From Callorhinchus milii (lineage: Eukaryota), in contig NW_024704742.1 of NCBI RefSeq assembly GCF_018977255.1, positions 7,442,001-7,506,000 of the forward strand: DNA of 64,000 bases, written 5' to 3'. Each line of letters opens with the position of its first letter. Within the stretch, counting starts at the first letter, position 1. The position numbers were made by a program, and so were the translations under genes. Positions 1 to 12,584 of the stretch are shown piece after piece. The notes beneath the pieces were generated by a model. It was not told the DNA's origin. It searched no databases and was given only the letters and a program-made list of their open reading frames with translations.

Positions 1-13
1 TCCATTCACATAA

Positions 14-178
14 AATAATAATAATTTGTTCACTCAATCCATGACTGTGGGACATTGCTGTGCGCGTCTGATTACCAGTTTGGCCCACTTTACTGTATAT
101 TCTGTGAAGCGCTTTGAGATGTCTCAACGACATGATAAGGTGCTGCATTAAATGCATTGGTTATTATTACTTATTATT
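14..178 (+). mobile_element. tRNA-SINE 3' half (long-form tail)
   Basis: gtgggacattgctgtgcgc...gaagcgctttgagatgtctc...gataaggtgct...ttattatt matches the 3' half of the full copies elsewhere in the window. Confidence 0.85.
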
Positions 179-214
179 AAAGGCTCTTAATAATAAATAA
201 TAATAATAATAATC

Positions 215-492
215 TGTGATTGAAGGGAGGATAAATTCGGAACAAATCTGCAGAAACACTATTTCAGTGAGCGTGTAGTAAACTTATGGAACAGGTTCCC
301 CAGGGAGGCAGTGGAAGCAGAAAATCTCATTTGTTTCAAGAACAGATTAGATAGATTTCTGCTAGAAAATAATATCTGGGGACGTAGTGTATCTTTTTGG
401 GACACGACATGTCAAGCGACTGTCAGGATGGTGGAAGGCAAACTAGATGGACCTCGATCTTCTTTCGCCAGCAAATTCTTACTTTCTTATGC
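215..492 (+). mobile_element. CR1 LINE 3' end (ORF2 C-terminus plus 3' UTR)
   Basis: Translates as KHYFSERVVNLWNRFPREAVEAENLICFKNRLDRFL, a typical CR1 ORF2 C-terminus. The tail gtggaaggcaaactagatggacctcg recurs at 63252. Confidence 0.85.
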
Positions 493-526
493 TCTGTGAG
501 CTCGACTGAGAAACCAGGGAGATTAC

Positions 527-590
527 TACAACAACAACTTGCGTTTATATAACGCCCTTTATGCCGACAGCGCCTCGGAGCGTTTAATGC
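527..590 (-). mobile_element. L2 3' tail fragment
   Basis: (caa)n followed by cttgcgtttatataacgccctt, the reverse complement of the L2 terminal stem-loop and (TTG)n. Confidence 0.65.
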
Positions 591-1116
591 AGCAGAAAGA
601 AAAAAGTCAGACGTCCTGTGGAGAGGAAGAAGGGAGAGAAAATGTCCCTGTCTTTTTTCACGTTGACATTGATCCAAGGATCACCATCTATTGCCTGAGC
701 AAAGACTTCCTCCCTTCGCTTTGACACTACTTTCGCAAGACACTCAAAAATGCTCCATTAATACTGAACAAACGAGCAACCTTCGGTGTTTATTTCCAAA
801 GCTGGTGTAGCCAGGGGTTGATAAAGACAACTGCAAAGGAAATCAAAGAGCATTTTGTGTTGAGTTGAGTGTTGAGATTCCACCATATAGAAGTGTTTAA
901 CAGTGGTCTGGAGAGGGGAACAAAGCAGTCGGCTGGAATCAGTGAGAGCTGTCAGTGTCCTGAATGGACATCCTGCACAGTAGCTACAAAGTGTGATGCG
1001 GGGGTCATTTTTCACTGGTTTGTGTTAAAATATAATGTCCTTTTTTTCGGGGATCAAATCACGATATTTGAAACCTGGATTCACACAGGATTGGTAAATA
1101 CTGCCAGTATTTGCAT

Positions 1117-1185
1117 TACAACAACACAATAGAATAACAATAATAATAATAACAATAACAATAATAATAATAATAATAATAATAA
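1117..1185. repeat. (AAT/AAC)n microsatellite
   Basis: Direct reading of the sequence. Confidence 0.95.
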
Positions 1186-1542
1186 CACCAGGGAGATTTC
1201 CGGCACTGGTTTGCTTTGGACCAAAGATCCCCCATGTTGGTGGCATTCATTTCAGTCACTGACGAGTTTTAATATTTACAAATCTGAGTAGCAAAATATC
1301 TAGTGATTTTAGGCTTAAGAACTTTAACACTTTTAAAAAGTTTAGATTGTGGGTTATTTTGACATTCAGCCTTAAATGCAGTCTAGATTTGGCAGGTGAC
1401 TTGGCACAAGGTTTTAAGAGTACTGCTTAAAAAGCAGCCTCCGAATTTTCCAAAATTATAATTCTGATAATAATCCTTTGCATTTCATGCAGCACCTAAA
1501 TGTCGGAGGAAATGTTTCAAAGCGCTTCAACAGCAATAACAT

Positions 1543-1879
1543 TATAATAATAATAATAATAATAATAATCCTTGCATTTGATATAGCGCTTTTCACGTCA
1601 GAAGGACGTCCCAAAGCGCTTCACAGAACACACTGTAAAGTGAATTGACTGTATATTTGTGGGCGAACGCGGCAGCCAATTGCGCACAGCAATGTCCCAC
1701 AAACAGTCGTAGATTGAAAATGACCAATTTATTATTGTTTTTGGATTTGGAGGGATTATTATTAGGCTCTGTGTGGAGTAAGGAAACTTGCCCAAGGTTT
1801 CGCCCTGACCTGCCTGGAATTGAACTCAGGTCTCTCACTTGCAAAGCGAGTGCTCTAACCACTGAGCTACAGGACTCCA
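1543..1879 (-). mobile_element. tRNA-SINE, young short subfamily, full length
   Basis: Minus strand reads tggagtcctgtagctcagtggttagagc (A box)...gagttcaattcc (B box-like), lacks the central block, and ends tttgggacgtccttctgacgtgaaaagcgct and (ATT)n. Near-identical to 18618 and 35818. Confidence 0.95.
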
Positions 1880-2830
1880 ATTATAATAATTTATATAGCA
1901 CCCTTCATGTAGCGTAGTATCTCGGAGTGTTTAACGCTGACGGGACCTGACCGTAAGCAAGAGAGAGGTGACAAGGTCAAAGCGGAAGGTCTTCTAGTTT
2001 GACCTGAAGTTGGACAAGGCAGAGGGATTGAGGCAGAGAGTTTTCTAGTTTGGGGACGCAGTGGCTGAAAGCACAGTGGACGATGGAGGAGACAAGGGAT
2101 GTGCAGGAGGTTGGAACCAGCTGAGTGAAGGGGGCAGGTGGAGGAGCGGGGTGTAAGCAGGTTAGAGAGGTAGGGAAGCGCTAGGGTGTGGAGTTTTGAA
2201 TCATTTGGATCTTACAAATAGTAGAGCAGGGGAGACCGCCACTTTTAAGCACTCCGAGACAATACCCTGCATGAAGGGTGCTATATATATTCAAGGTCCT
2301 GGTCAGGGACTGGATGTGAGCTATGAAGGATAAGCTGGAAATCGAACCTGAGGTCGAGGTTACGCACAGGTTCAGTAAGCCTGAGTGAGATTGTGGAGGT
2401 TGGGGCCACAGGTGAGAAGACATTATTGGGAGCAGAGGAGCATGGCTTCACCTTACATTCAGTTAAAGAAAGTTAGGGCTTTTCCAGGCTTTGATGGTTG
2501 ACGAGCAAGAGGACAGAACATCAGTGGACCTGGGGTCACTTCAGGAGGAGGAAAGTAAATTTGGGTGTCATCCGCAGACATGTGGAGGTTGACCCCATGT
2601 CTGCGGATGACATCACCGAGAGGATAATAATAATAATAATCCTTGCAATTGATATAGGTCTTATCACGTCTTCGAGACGTCTCAAAGCGCTTCCAGATTA
2701 TACTGTAGAAGTGAATTGATTGTATATATTGAGGGCGAAATGCATACGTGGAAATAAGAAAAAGGAGGGGACTGAGCATAGAGTCTTGGGATACTCGGTA
2801 GGTGACTGCCGAAGGTCAGGAGGAAAAACC
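1880..2830 (-). mobile_element. Degenerate L2 LINE, interrupted by a SINE tail at ~2624-2745
   Basis: Minus-strand LGDVIRRHGVNLHMSADDTQIY (RT YADD-equivalent motif) and an L2-type tail at ~1885-1930. Confidence 0.85.
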
Positions 2831-3089
2831 ATTTGCTTCACAGGAATTACTGTAAAGTGCAGTGACATTCGTCTACAAAGTTCTGCACATTCTTACATTT
2901 TCAAGCAATGGTCTTATTTGTACACAATTCCCCCTACGTTTTGTGGAGCTTTTCCCCTCTCCTTACCTGAAAGCACCAACTGTTAGCAGGGGTAAGGTTC
3001 CACATGGGTGGCTCTCTCCAGTCCAAGTGCACATTCTTCATTAGTGTATTCAGACACAAGGTGGGGGAGAGGAGGTCAGAAGATAATTT

Positions 3090-3335
3090 TTATTTGGGGG
3101 TGGGAGGCATCACAGCTGAGACTGGGACTATCCTCAGACAATATCTCCAAGGGGCGCTGAGTAGTTGGTGATTAGGAGCAGGAAACCTGGTTGAGTATTC
3201 TCCCCTGTTGCCCAAAGATACTGAGGCTATACCATCACCACTGCTACCCCAGTTGGGATCGAATAACTCAGCCCAGATCTGAGATCTTCTTGATCGAGGC
3301 CGTGGCTTAAGCAACTTAAGAGCCATCAGCGGGAC
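3090..3335 (-). mobile_element. Old SINE-like repeat (related fragments at ~36890-37015 and ~56050-56190)
   Basis: Shared degenerate blocks ggaaa(c/t)ctggtt, ttgggatc, ctcagc(a/c)cag and agccatcag(c/g)ggga among the three loci. Confidence 0.5.
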
Positions 3336-4239
3336 ATTGACTGAGCCAGACGTTTTGCATTGAATTCATTCATTTTAAGTAAAAATCCAGCTGAAGTATA
3401 ATGGAAGCTAGACAAATTCATTTGCAGGAGGATTTTGAGAGTCTAGGTTTGTTTTCAATATTAGAAATCAGATCCCAGCATTAAACTGGATGATTTAATT
3501 CCCTTGAGACAGTCTGTACCTAACACTTGAAACTGCTGAGTGTCCACCTGCCCCCCAGGGCTTTTTTAACACATTGCATTGACACCTGTATCAAAGTCTT
3601 AAGGTTAATAAGCATGAACCATCAGCTAGCTGAGCACACTTCTCCTCGCTGATCCAGAAACACTATCCTCTCTTCCTGCCAGGCTCAACTTTTGCACAGA
3701 TTCTTAGACAGAGCACAATATGCAGTCTTCGGAGTCAGTACAGGAAGCTTCCTGACTAGTCCTCACTCAGAAAGGGATTTGGGGCTTTGAGCTTTTGTCG
3801 TCTGGCTCGCCTTAGCCCCTTGGAAAGGAACTAATCCATCCACCATGCTTCTTATTCCACATTCATCCCCTTTAGCACACATGCTACCTATCTAGAGTGT
3901 AGCTCGATTCTTCTAACAGCCTGTGTTTTACCGGGGGCTGTGTACATCCCATTTCACGATGTGTTTAAGTGACTTCGGCCAGAGGAAAGAATTCACTGAC
4001 AATGTGAGGAACATGGAGAAATCGTATCCACTGCTGACTTCTGATGCTTTTAATAATAAGGAAGTTTACGGACAATCAAAGGCACCTGATTTATCACCAA
4101 TCTATCATGGTCGGAAGTCCAAAAGTTCTGTGTGTCTCCATTCTCCGTGTTCTCCTTTCACTCACCATCTCTGGGTGGGTTTCTTTTCTCACTGGCGATA
4201 ATTATCACATCAAACACTGCGGTTTTCTCCCCAGTAAAT

Positions 4240-4517
4240 AGTAAGTAATAGGAGCCCGGTTGTTAGTCGATTGGTGGATCGCTTTTCTGGGGCTTATAAT
4301 TCCTTCAAAAAAATAAAAATAATAATAAATTGGTCACTCAATCCACGACTGTTTGTGGGACGCTGCTGTGTGGAATTGGCTGCCGTGTTTCACCCACAAA
4401 ATATATAGTCAATTCACTTACAGTATATTCTGCGAAGCGCTTTGAGACATCTTGAAGACATGACAGGGCGCTATATCAAATGCAAGGATTATTATTATTA
4501 TTATTTTATTATTATAA
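4240..4517 (+). mobile_element. tRNA-SINE long form, 5'-truncated
   Basis: gttagtcgattggtggatcgctttt through to caaatgcaaggattattatt. Confidence 0.9.
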
Positions 4518-5064
4518 TAGGGGCATGTTCAAGCTATAATCGCTCACATTCTGAGGAAGGGTTACAGCAGAACGTGAAGCTATCTTTCTCTTTCAGACAC
4601 TCATTGATCTGTGCAACCCCAGCACTTTGTATCTTTATTTCAGATTTCCAGCGCTCGTGGATTTTCTTTTCATCTTGCCATTGATCAATCCATTCAAAGC
4701 TACACTGGCTATTGTACGTTCGACGATGCATTTGTAACAGGTAACTCAATTTGTGCAGCATGTTTAGATACCTCTATCCACAGTCGATTTAATTTAAGAG
4801 AGATGTGATTTTAATGGGAGCTCGATAACATGAGTTGGAGAGAAGCTCATCCTGAACTGAAGTGAGTCACGTTTTTAACAATTTGCCCATAATTGAAATT
4901 CATGATGAAAAATTACTTATTTGAAAAGCCTTGCAATCATATAAATAGACAGAGAAAGAGTGAAAGAGACAGGTTGAGAGGATAACAGAGCAGACGTCAA
5001 GCTCCTTCTTGTATTCTGTGCTGGAAAGACAAAGAATGCAGCCTATCTGGTCAACAATTTGGTC

Positions 5065-5340
5065 AACAACTTGCACTCATATAGCACCTTTTTTAGGTAG
5101 TTAACCATTTCAAATCACTTTACAGTGGCGGAATAGGATCCTAAGTGGTGGTGATGGTGGGGCGGGGGGATAGTTGGAGGTAGAGGTCAGAGGAAAATGA
5201 CCAAATTTACAGTCAAAGTTAAGTTTTCATAAGATTTTTAAAAATGAAGAGGGATGGGGCATAGTGCGAACATTTAGGGAGAGAATTACAGAGAGTGGAG
5301 GCAAGGTGGTTGAAGGATCACCCAACGATGATGGGGCAGT
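5065..5340 (-). mobile_element. Degenerate L2 3' end
   Basis: caacaacttgcactcatatagcacctt tail followed by a G-rich (C-rich on minus) L2 3' region. Confidence 0.6.
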
Positions 5341-5569
5341 GGAGTCAGTTGATACCTAAAGATATTGGCTGGTCCATGAGATTTGGTGAAGACATCCCAA
5401 CTCTGCCATTATGGTTTGGACTGAAGCTGACCATGACAGCCTTTGGACTTATTTGGAAGGGAAAAGGTCGGAGTCAAGGCAGCATTCCACTAACAGGCCC
5501 ACCAGTACAGGTTGGTGTGTCCAGTGGGTGCTGTAGGCTATCTTCAGGCTCAATCACTGTGGCTCATGT

Positions 5570-5857
5570 AGGAAAACATCTCAAAGTGCTTTACAGAATA
5601 TACTGTAAAGTGTATTGACTGAATAATTTGTGGGCGGAACACGGCAGCCAATTGCGCCCAGAAGTGTCCCATAAACAGTTGTGGATTGAATGACCAAATT
5701 ATTATTATTATTAATAACTGGGTTCCTACTTACTGCTACGTCTCCAGTGGTGTGTGGAGTAAAGAAACTTCCTCAATGTTTGGTCCTGCCCGGGAATCAA
5801 ACCCAAGTCCTCTCGCTTGTGAGGCGAGTGCTCTATCCATTAAGCTGCAGAACTCCA
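5570..5857 (-). mobile_element. tRNA-SINE long form
   Basis: Reverse complement of the head (cgggaatcaaaccc...ctgcagaactcca) and body. Confidence 0.88.
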
Positions 5858-7547
5858 CAATAAATGCAACATTATTTCATCAGGAGCTGCAGGAGTTGCT
5901 GAGCCCCTAAACTGTTCATAAAACCTTGTCGGGAAAATGAGAATCTGAGCAAGACTCGTTTTTAGATTCGCCGTAAATCAGGGTTTGTGATCAAGGAGCA
6001 CAAAAGAAAACATAAGAGAAAATGTAGCTGTAGTGATGTGCTCTGAGCTGATGTAACCACACCCCCGTGGGAGATAAATGCCTTTAGGATTTAGGCTGTT
6101 TGTGTTATAACTGGACTGTAGTCATTCCTACATAATACAAGAGGTGTACAAAAAAAAGGCTTCGGAACATGGACTATCATTACTGACCCTATCTGTCACT
6201 TGTTTACACACACCCCGGACACTTCTAAAAAAAGAACAAATGTTACACTAATCCCAGGCCTTCCATTGTGAATGGAGCAGAATGAGAAATTACCATTTAA
6301 AAACACACTGTCACAGTAAGAACAGTCAGGAAGCATGGGTGTCAATTACCGAGCAGTCATCCATATGCATGGCTTTGTTGAAGAGTGGAATCGAAGCCAG
6401 GTTACTACCGCTGGGATGAAATTCTGGACCTGCCCAATGCACTGTCCTCCCCTAGACACCAATTACCTCGGCCTAAAGTATATTAAAGGCACTGGGCTTA
6501 GTGACAGATGTTCACACCACCCACCCACCCCCGCACAACAAATCCTTTTCAGCTTCCCCCATACTTCATTTTACCCGACAATTACTCGGGAATGCACTGG
6601 TAATTAGCTGGCAGATTCCATCTTGTGAAAGGAACAGCTTAACTCTCTGATTGGTAAAAAGCAATGATTGAGTCACTGCTTAGTGTTGCTTGGCCTGTTC
6701 AGAAACTGAGTGATGACTGGCTCTCTGTTTTGTGCTGTCACCCATAAGGCTATGTTTTAGCATAAACAAAGAGTGGGACTTGGAGCTCACTGTGTGGATC
6801 GACATCGCGGTGCAGTAATGGAAGAGAACTGCATTGGCGGAGGTGCAGCCCTTCGGAAGATGTGTCTAATTTGAGGACCTGTCTGCCTGTTTTCAGTTAA
6901 GATAATAATCTTTGCATTTGCATTTCCTTGCATTTTATACAGTGCCTTATCACGTCATTGAGGCATCTGGTTTCATACAATTTAGTGCAAAGTGTTGCAA
7001 CTGTGTGTTTGTAGGCGAATGTGAAGCTTTCAATCCTAGTTCAGTCTTCATTTCTAATTCATATGGCAGTTTTCCAGTACTCTTTGATTATGCAGGAAAA
7101 TCAGCTTCCAAATTAGGGCTGAATTTACGAGTTGGGGCTATTTCTCAAACTTCCATACAATTTGAAATTTTAAGACAACAATAATCTTAAATCTAAGAAC
7201 ATGGACGATTTGGGACTCAGTATCTGAATTAATTGTCCAACTAATTCCATGCAGGAGACATCCATTTTACCAATTGGGGCTGGATTCAGACACTCTCAAT
7301 CATAATTCTCTCATTTGATATACAGCTTATAATTTTGAAATGTTTCAAAGCACTTCACAGGAACTTGCTATAAAGTCGTCGTACATTTCTCGGTAAATCT
7401 TGTCAGACAAATTGCACATAATAAAATCCCAGATTTTGCATGCATCCCACCTACGTGGAAATTCCAGAGATATTTATTGGAGTGGATTGCACACTCTCTC
7501 CCCAGAGGGACTCATCCTGTTTATCTAAATCTGGAGAATATAAGGCA

Positions 7548-7720
7548 CAGGTTGGCAAGAGCCAAGACTTGGGGACTCTAGACTACGCATTGGTGTAACT
7601 GCTGGAGTCTAACCAGCTAAAACCGCATAGTTTGCCATTGAGAGCACTGTCTGGCAGCTTTCCCACTGCTGGTCCAATTGGGACCACTGGACCAGTTAGG
7701 GATTTGGTTTGCAGGGTTAT
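7548..7720 (+). repeat. Unclassified old dispersed repeat (representative copy; strand arbitrary)
   Basis: caggttggcaaga...ctgctggagt..aaccagcta...ttgccattga..gcactgtctggca. Similar blocks at 30371, 33605, 35486 and 45280, and reverse-complement copies at 56740-57020, 61490-61810 and 62920-63040. Confidence 0.75.
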
Positions 7721-8603
7721 GGGGCTTGAATCTACAAACATCTCAGCCAAAGACAAGAGTGCTACCAACTGAGCTTGTTGGTAGACTGTTGAAAAACGAC
7801 AGTGTACGAAACCCACTGCCAACTAACCCGAATTTATTCTTACCCAATTCTTGCGACTGCATGAATAAAGCCGCCTCTTTCTCTTGCTCACTATGAGCTT
7901 TGGATGTATTTTAACATTTGAACATTGTTCTAATTGAAAAGGTCCTCAGGCTGGTCCAGTGTGCTGTTTACTTTACTGTGGCAGGGCTGACAGTGGGGGC
8001 ACTGTTGTAATGCAAACAAGTTGGCAAACCACATACATGTTTATCACATATTTACCATTATCTTCATCACAGGTCCTGCGATGGATCTGCTGGTGCTGTT
8101 GGTGGCTTGTATGGCATTCCCTGTCACTTAAATGTGTTCCCGGGATCTTCAATTGGGTAACGTTATCACATATCTCATGCTTTCATGTACCCAGCATGTG
8201 TACAGCCTGCGTCTGGCATGTACCTCTGCAAGCATTCAAAATATCAAGGAAGAACATTTGCCCACAAACCGCATGATCATGGCACTTTACAGTGTATCCT
8301 GTGAAATCGGTTGGGACGTCTTCCTGACACGAAAGTCGCTATAGCAAACATAAGGATTATTATTTTATTATTCCTAAAGTGAACACGATGTGAGTCATAC
8401 CCAATGATTGGAAATTGGACTCCAACACGCCCTCAGTAGATTCTACCAAAGCATACTTACAAAGGGATGGTGTAACGCATATTGTTGATAACGCATATAG
8501 GAGTTGTTGTTTCTGATGCTCTTTATGAATATAAGGCTCCAAGTTCCACTCGTCTTTGCCTGCAAGACCATTTTATCTTAAAATTAAAAATGTTTGCCCA
8601 ATA

Positions 8604-8709
8604 TTGTGGAAAAGTCTTAAATTTGGTCTTAGCGTGAAAGTCGGTTTCTTTTTAAGGATTACGGTAAACTGCCTTTCACGTTAAGACTAAATTAAAGAGT
8701 TTTCCACAA
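8604..8709. repeat. Imperfect inverted repeat (37-bp arms, 33/37 complementary), MITE-like
   Basis: ttgtggaaaagtcttaaatttggtcttagcgtgaaag versus ctttcacgttaagactaaattaaagagttttccacaa. Confidence 0.85.
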
Positions 8710-8732
8710 CTTTTCGCAACCTTAACTTTTAT

Positions 8733-8792
8733 CGCCTTGGGACATCCTCCTGACGTGAAAGGCGCTATCCAAATGTCATTTTGTTGTTGTTG
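8733..8792 (+). mobile_element. L2 terminal stem-loop plus (TTG)n only
   Basis: gccttgggacatcctcctgacgtgaaaggcgctatccaaatgtcattttgttgttgttg. Confidence 0.85.
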
Positions 8793-10726
8793 TCAACAGA
8801 ATGGGGTCTGGCAGGCTAAGACAAGGTGGAATTTTAGGGCCTTGGTATTCTTTTGCCCTGAGCCACACAGACCAGCCCCAGTCCCGCCAGGCATATTAAT
8901 CAATGCAACATTCCAGTAGAAAATTCATGGGCTCATATGAAGAGAAATACAGATGAAGAGGACTTATTAGCTCATTCGATGTGATCTGTTGTCCCTCTGA
9001 AACCTAAAGCTGTTTCTGAAATATTTCCAGTGACCTGGTCTCTTCCAGGGGAATACTTTCCAGCTGTGATTTCTTTCTGCAAAGTATTACCTGGTGTCTG
9101 TCTTCTCATCCCTGAAAATAAGCATTCTTATCCTACTGAGTTAGCATTTCCCAAAGTATTATTCACAATTTACCAAATTGCTCGAATGATAAAGCACTTT
9201 TCTCAGCCTCACCAACTGTTATTTTGATACAGATCAAATTGGGGGAAAAAACACTATTACCAGGTCTTTCACATGGGCATTAAGTCCAGGACATGTTACA
9301 CAACGTGTGCAATGCAGTGGGACATTGCTGTGCGTAAATTGGCTGCTGTGTTGGCCTACGAAATGCACAGTTACTTCACTTTACAGTAAAGTCCTGCTAA
9401 GCGCTTAGGTGACAAAAAACTTCGACGACTTGATAAATAAAGACATAGAGAATCAAATGCAGAAATCATTATTATTTTATTAGTCCTGGGCCTAATAACC
9501 TAAATTAAAAAAACACGCAATGTATCCTGGATTTTCTGAATGTAAATGATGCACGAAAGTGGTAACCTGACCACTTTACTGCTGGGCAGTGCTGGAGTGG
9601 GATAGTGGGTCCCTGAGCTGTCATGGTAGTGCCCTGGGTGTTGATGGGCTCTGCAGTGCTCTTTGGTGTTTTTTTTGTGCCCCTTTGAGGCATCTCTTTG
9701 TGAGGCTGAAGAGCTTAAGCCATAGCTGAGAGACTGCTGATACGTTCAGGTACCAGCAGCAGTGCAGAAGAGCATCACATTCCGCTGGTTGGACTTGGTA
9801 CAAATTGCCTGAGGTTTGTAAGCAAACTCCCTTTCTTCTCTCTTTACTTGAGTCCACCTCATTAAGGAGTTATCGCACATGTTGGCAGGTCTCCCCTACC
9901 TCCCACCCACGCCCCCCACCCCCCGCACCACACACACAGACACACACACACACGCACCACCAGCCCCTCTGCCACAACCCACTTTATCCCGCAGGCTTTT
10001 AAAACCTTTTCAGTGTTCCTCGTTTTAAGTGAGATCCACATCTGGACCGCACAGCTGGATATACAAAGCTAGACAATTAAACAATTAAACTTTATGGCAG
10101 CGAAATAAATAGTGTGGAAGATACCTAACAGTGTGGTTTTATTAAGAGCAGAACAGTGCTCCCTCCCTATGGGGGGGGGGGGGAAAGTTTGAATAGAGTT
10201 TGTGTTCCAGTAACATAGTAAAAGAGTAAAGAAAACCTAGATTTCTTTTTGTCTCAGAAAAAGTAATAGACTGATTTGGTAACAGATGCATTTCCTTGCC
10301 ACATTTACTTCTAATATCTTTGGCCAAAATTGCCTACATTTATCAAAAAAATATCTTCAGGGCTATCTTACCGTTAAATATTTAATGCAATATGATAGTA
10401 GCTAGATTGCACGTTTGATGTCTATTCCTACACTGGATGTATCGTTTCATTAGCCACTCACTGCTCAGTCCATGAAAAGTTATACTTTACGCTCTTGGGA
10501 ATACATTTTATCTCTGGAGATAACTGGAACAATAATAAATCTTCACAAATGCTGCTCCGACGTAAGGAAATGCTAACCGGAAGTATTTATCATGTTATTT
10601 TGTATTTATGCTTTCCTCCCCCAGCTCGTCTCCTGAGGGCACGGGTTGGTTACTGGGATCTGGCTGCACAATCACTAACAGGGTATTCAGAGCTCATAAA
10701 AACAACCAGGCACATGAGGTCTGAAT

Positions 10727-10853
10727 GGGGGAGGGGGAGGGTGTGAATGGAGGAGGGTGGGTGTGGGGTAGGGTGTGTGTGGGGTAGGGTGTGAGTGGAG
10801 GAGGGCGGGTGTGGGAGAAGGGGTAGGGTGTGTGTGGGGTAGGGCGTGAGTGG
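10727..10853 (+). repeat. G-rich ~50-bp tandem/low-complexity repeat with G-quadruplex potential
   Basis: Two units of gtga(a/g)tggaggaggg(t/c)gggtgtggg...gtagggtgtgtgtggggtaggg with many GGG runs. Confidence 0.8.
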
Positions 10854-10857
10854 GAAT

Positions 10858-11847
10858 CATATCTTTCGCACCGTCTCCCGTTTGTCTCCATGAACAGGTT
10901 CTCCTCCAGCCCCCTCAGCATCTCTTGCAGCGTTCCTCAGGGCTCTGTCCTTGGCTGTCTCCTCTTCAACATAAAGATGTTCTCTCTTGGTGACATCAAC
11001 CGCAGACATGGGGTCAACTTCCGCATTGCGAATGATACCCAACTCTATCTCTCTGCCTCCATCCTCAACTACAGGACCACTGCTGGCCTGACAGAATGTC
11101 TGACAGACATCGAGTCCTGGATGAGAGCTAACTTTCTACAGTTGACCATCAACAAGACCGAGGCTCTCCTGATTGACTCCAGTCAGTGCCTCCACATCTC
11201 AGGCACTGGCAGCATTACCATCGTTTCTGCTATCCCCCACCTTCGCAATATCTCCACCACTGCCTCTCCCCTCAGGCTGCCGAGACCTTCATCCACAAAT
11301 TTATTACAGCAAGGCTCGACTACGCCAACTCTCTGATGGCCTTCCCAACTCTTCCCTCCACAAACTGCAGATCATCCAGAACTCTACAGCTTGTGTCCTC
11401 TCCTGCACCAGGCTCCATGACCCTATCACCCCCACCCTTTCCCGGCTCCACTGGCTCCCCATCCCTTAGAGGATAAAGTTCAAAATCCTTGTGACCTGCT
11501 AACGCCATATCAACCTGTCCGCTCTCTCCGCTCAGCAGGCTCCGGGCTGCTCCACGTCCCCCGCCTGACCCGCCCCATTATCGGAGGTCGGGCCTTCAAC
11601 CTCTCTGCCCCCATTCTTTGGAATTCCACCCCACAGGCCCTTCGTCTCGCACCCCCTCTTGCCTCCTGCAAGGCATGTCTCAAGACCTTCCTCTTTGATC
11701 ACGCCTTCGGACACTTTCCTACCCCAACCCTCCCCACCCTCCACCCCACCTGATCCCAACACCCAGCTCAGGTCCAAATCCCTGTCTGTCCAGAGCTTTG
11801 GGACATCCTCTCGACGTGAAAGGCAAATATAATTTGTTGTTGTTGTT
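10858..11847 (+). mobile_element. L2 LINE, 5'-truncated, decayed RT C-half
   Basis: SCSVPQGSVLGCLLFNI...HGVNFRIANDTQLY, WMRANFLQL..NKTE, KLQIIQNSTACVLS...LHWLP; terminal stem-loop and (TTG)n. Confidence 0.95.
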
Positions 11848-12421
11848 TCACTGGGAAAACCGACCATTTTACAGCTGTGTAACTTATTGTTTCTTCCCAC
11901 TGGACTGCCAGGGAAGCCATCTCATAACTTTCACAGATATTTCTGCTCTACGCAGCTTTAGTTAATAGCAGCTTATTTCCTGTCCTGAACCATTACACAC
12001 ACATGTACATTTTTTTTCGCTCTCCAGAGGAGGCAGCGAAGAGGAGAGTAATTGGAAGAGAAAATTGGCAGGAATAAAAAAAACATTGTGAAGCCACGAT
12101 TATAGAAGCATTCAGTCCAAAAACTGTCCTCAAGTCATATTCCAGGTCCATTGTGATGTACTGAGTATGTTGGCCGCTGTTGACTTTAGTGCAGAGCAAC
12201 ACAGCAGCACGAACAATCACTGACAGCAATTCTGCTCTACACAGGTGTTACTGCCAAAATTCCTCATGGAGTAAACATACGTGAAAGATTTACAGACTAT
12301 AGAGATTGCATAATAAAAACAACCGTTAAGTTCCCAAACGCTGACAATTCCATTAAACCACTTACCGAACCATATGTGAACGTCAGTTTCTCCTGGCGCT
12401 CTGGTCAATAATCCCCCAAAT

Positions 12422-12580
12422 ACAACAAAAAATTACGTTTATATACAGCGCCTTTCACATCGGGAAGACATCCCACAGTCTAAGATTTGCACCCGAGCTG
12501 GGGGTGGGGGCCAAAGGTGGTGGGGAAATGTGGGGCGTGGTGGGTGAGAGAGGAATGATAGCCGAAAGTGCAGTTGAAGA
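12422..12580 (-). mobile_element. L2 3' end
   Basis: cagcgcctttcacatcgggaagacatccca...cacccgagctgggg. Confidence 0.85.
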
Positions 12581-12584
12581 GGAA

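Noticed and set aside
1025..1246. ORF with a hydrophobic poly-Ile stretch resembling a membrane protein
   Set aside because: Translation of the (AAT)n microsatellite
3923..4201. 92-aa ORF in unique DNA
   Set aside because: No homology recognised, no coherent splice signals, and length within chance expectation
8081..8131. Signal-peptide-like MDLLVLLVACMAFPVT after an acceptor-like site
   Set aside because: Stops after 16 codons with no donor before the stop
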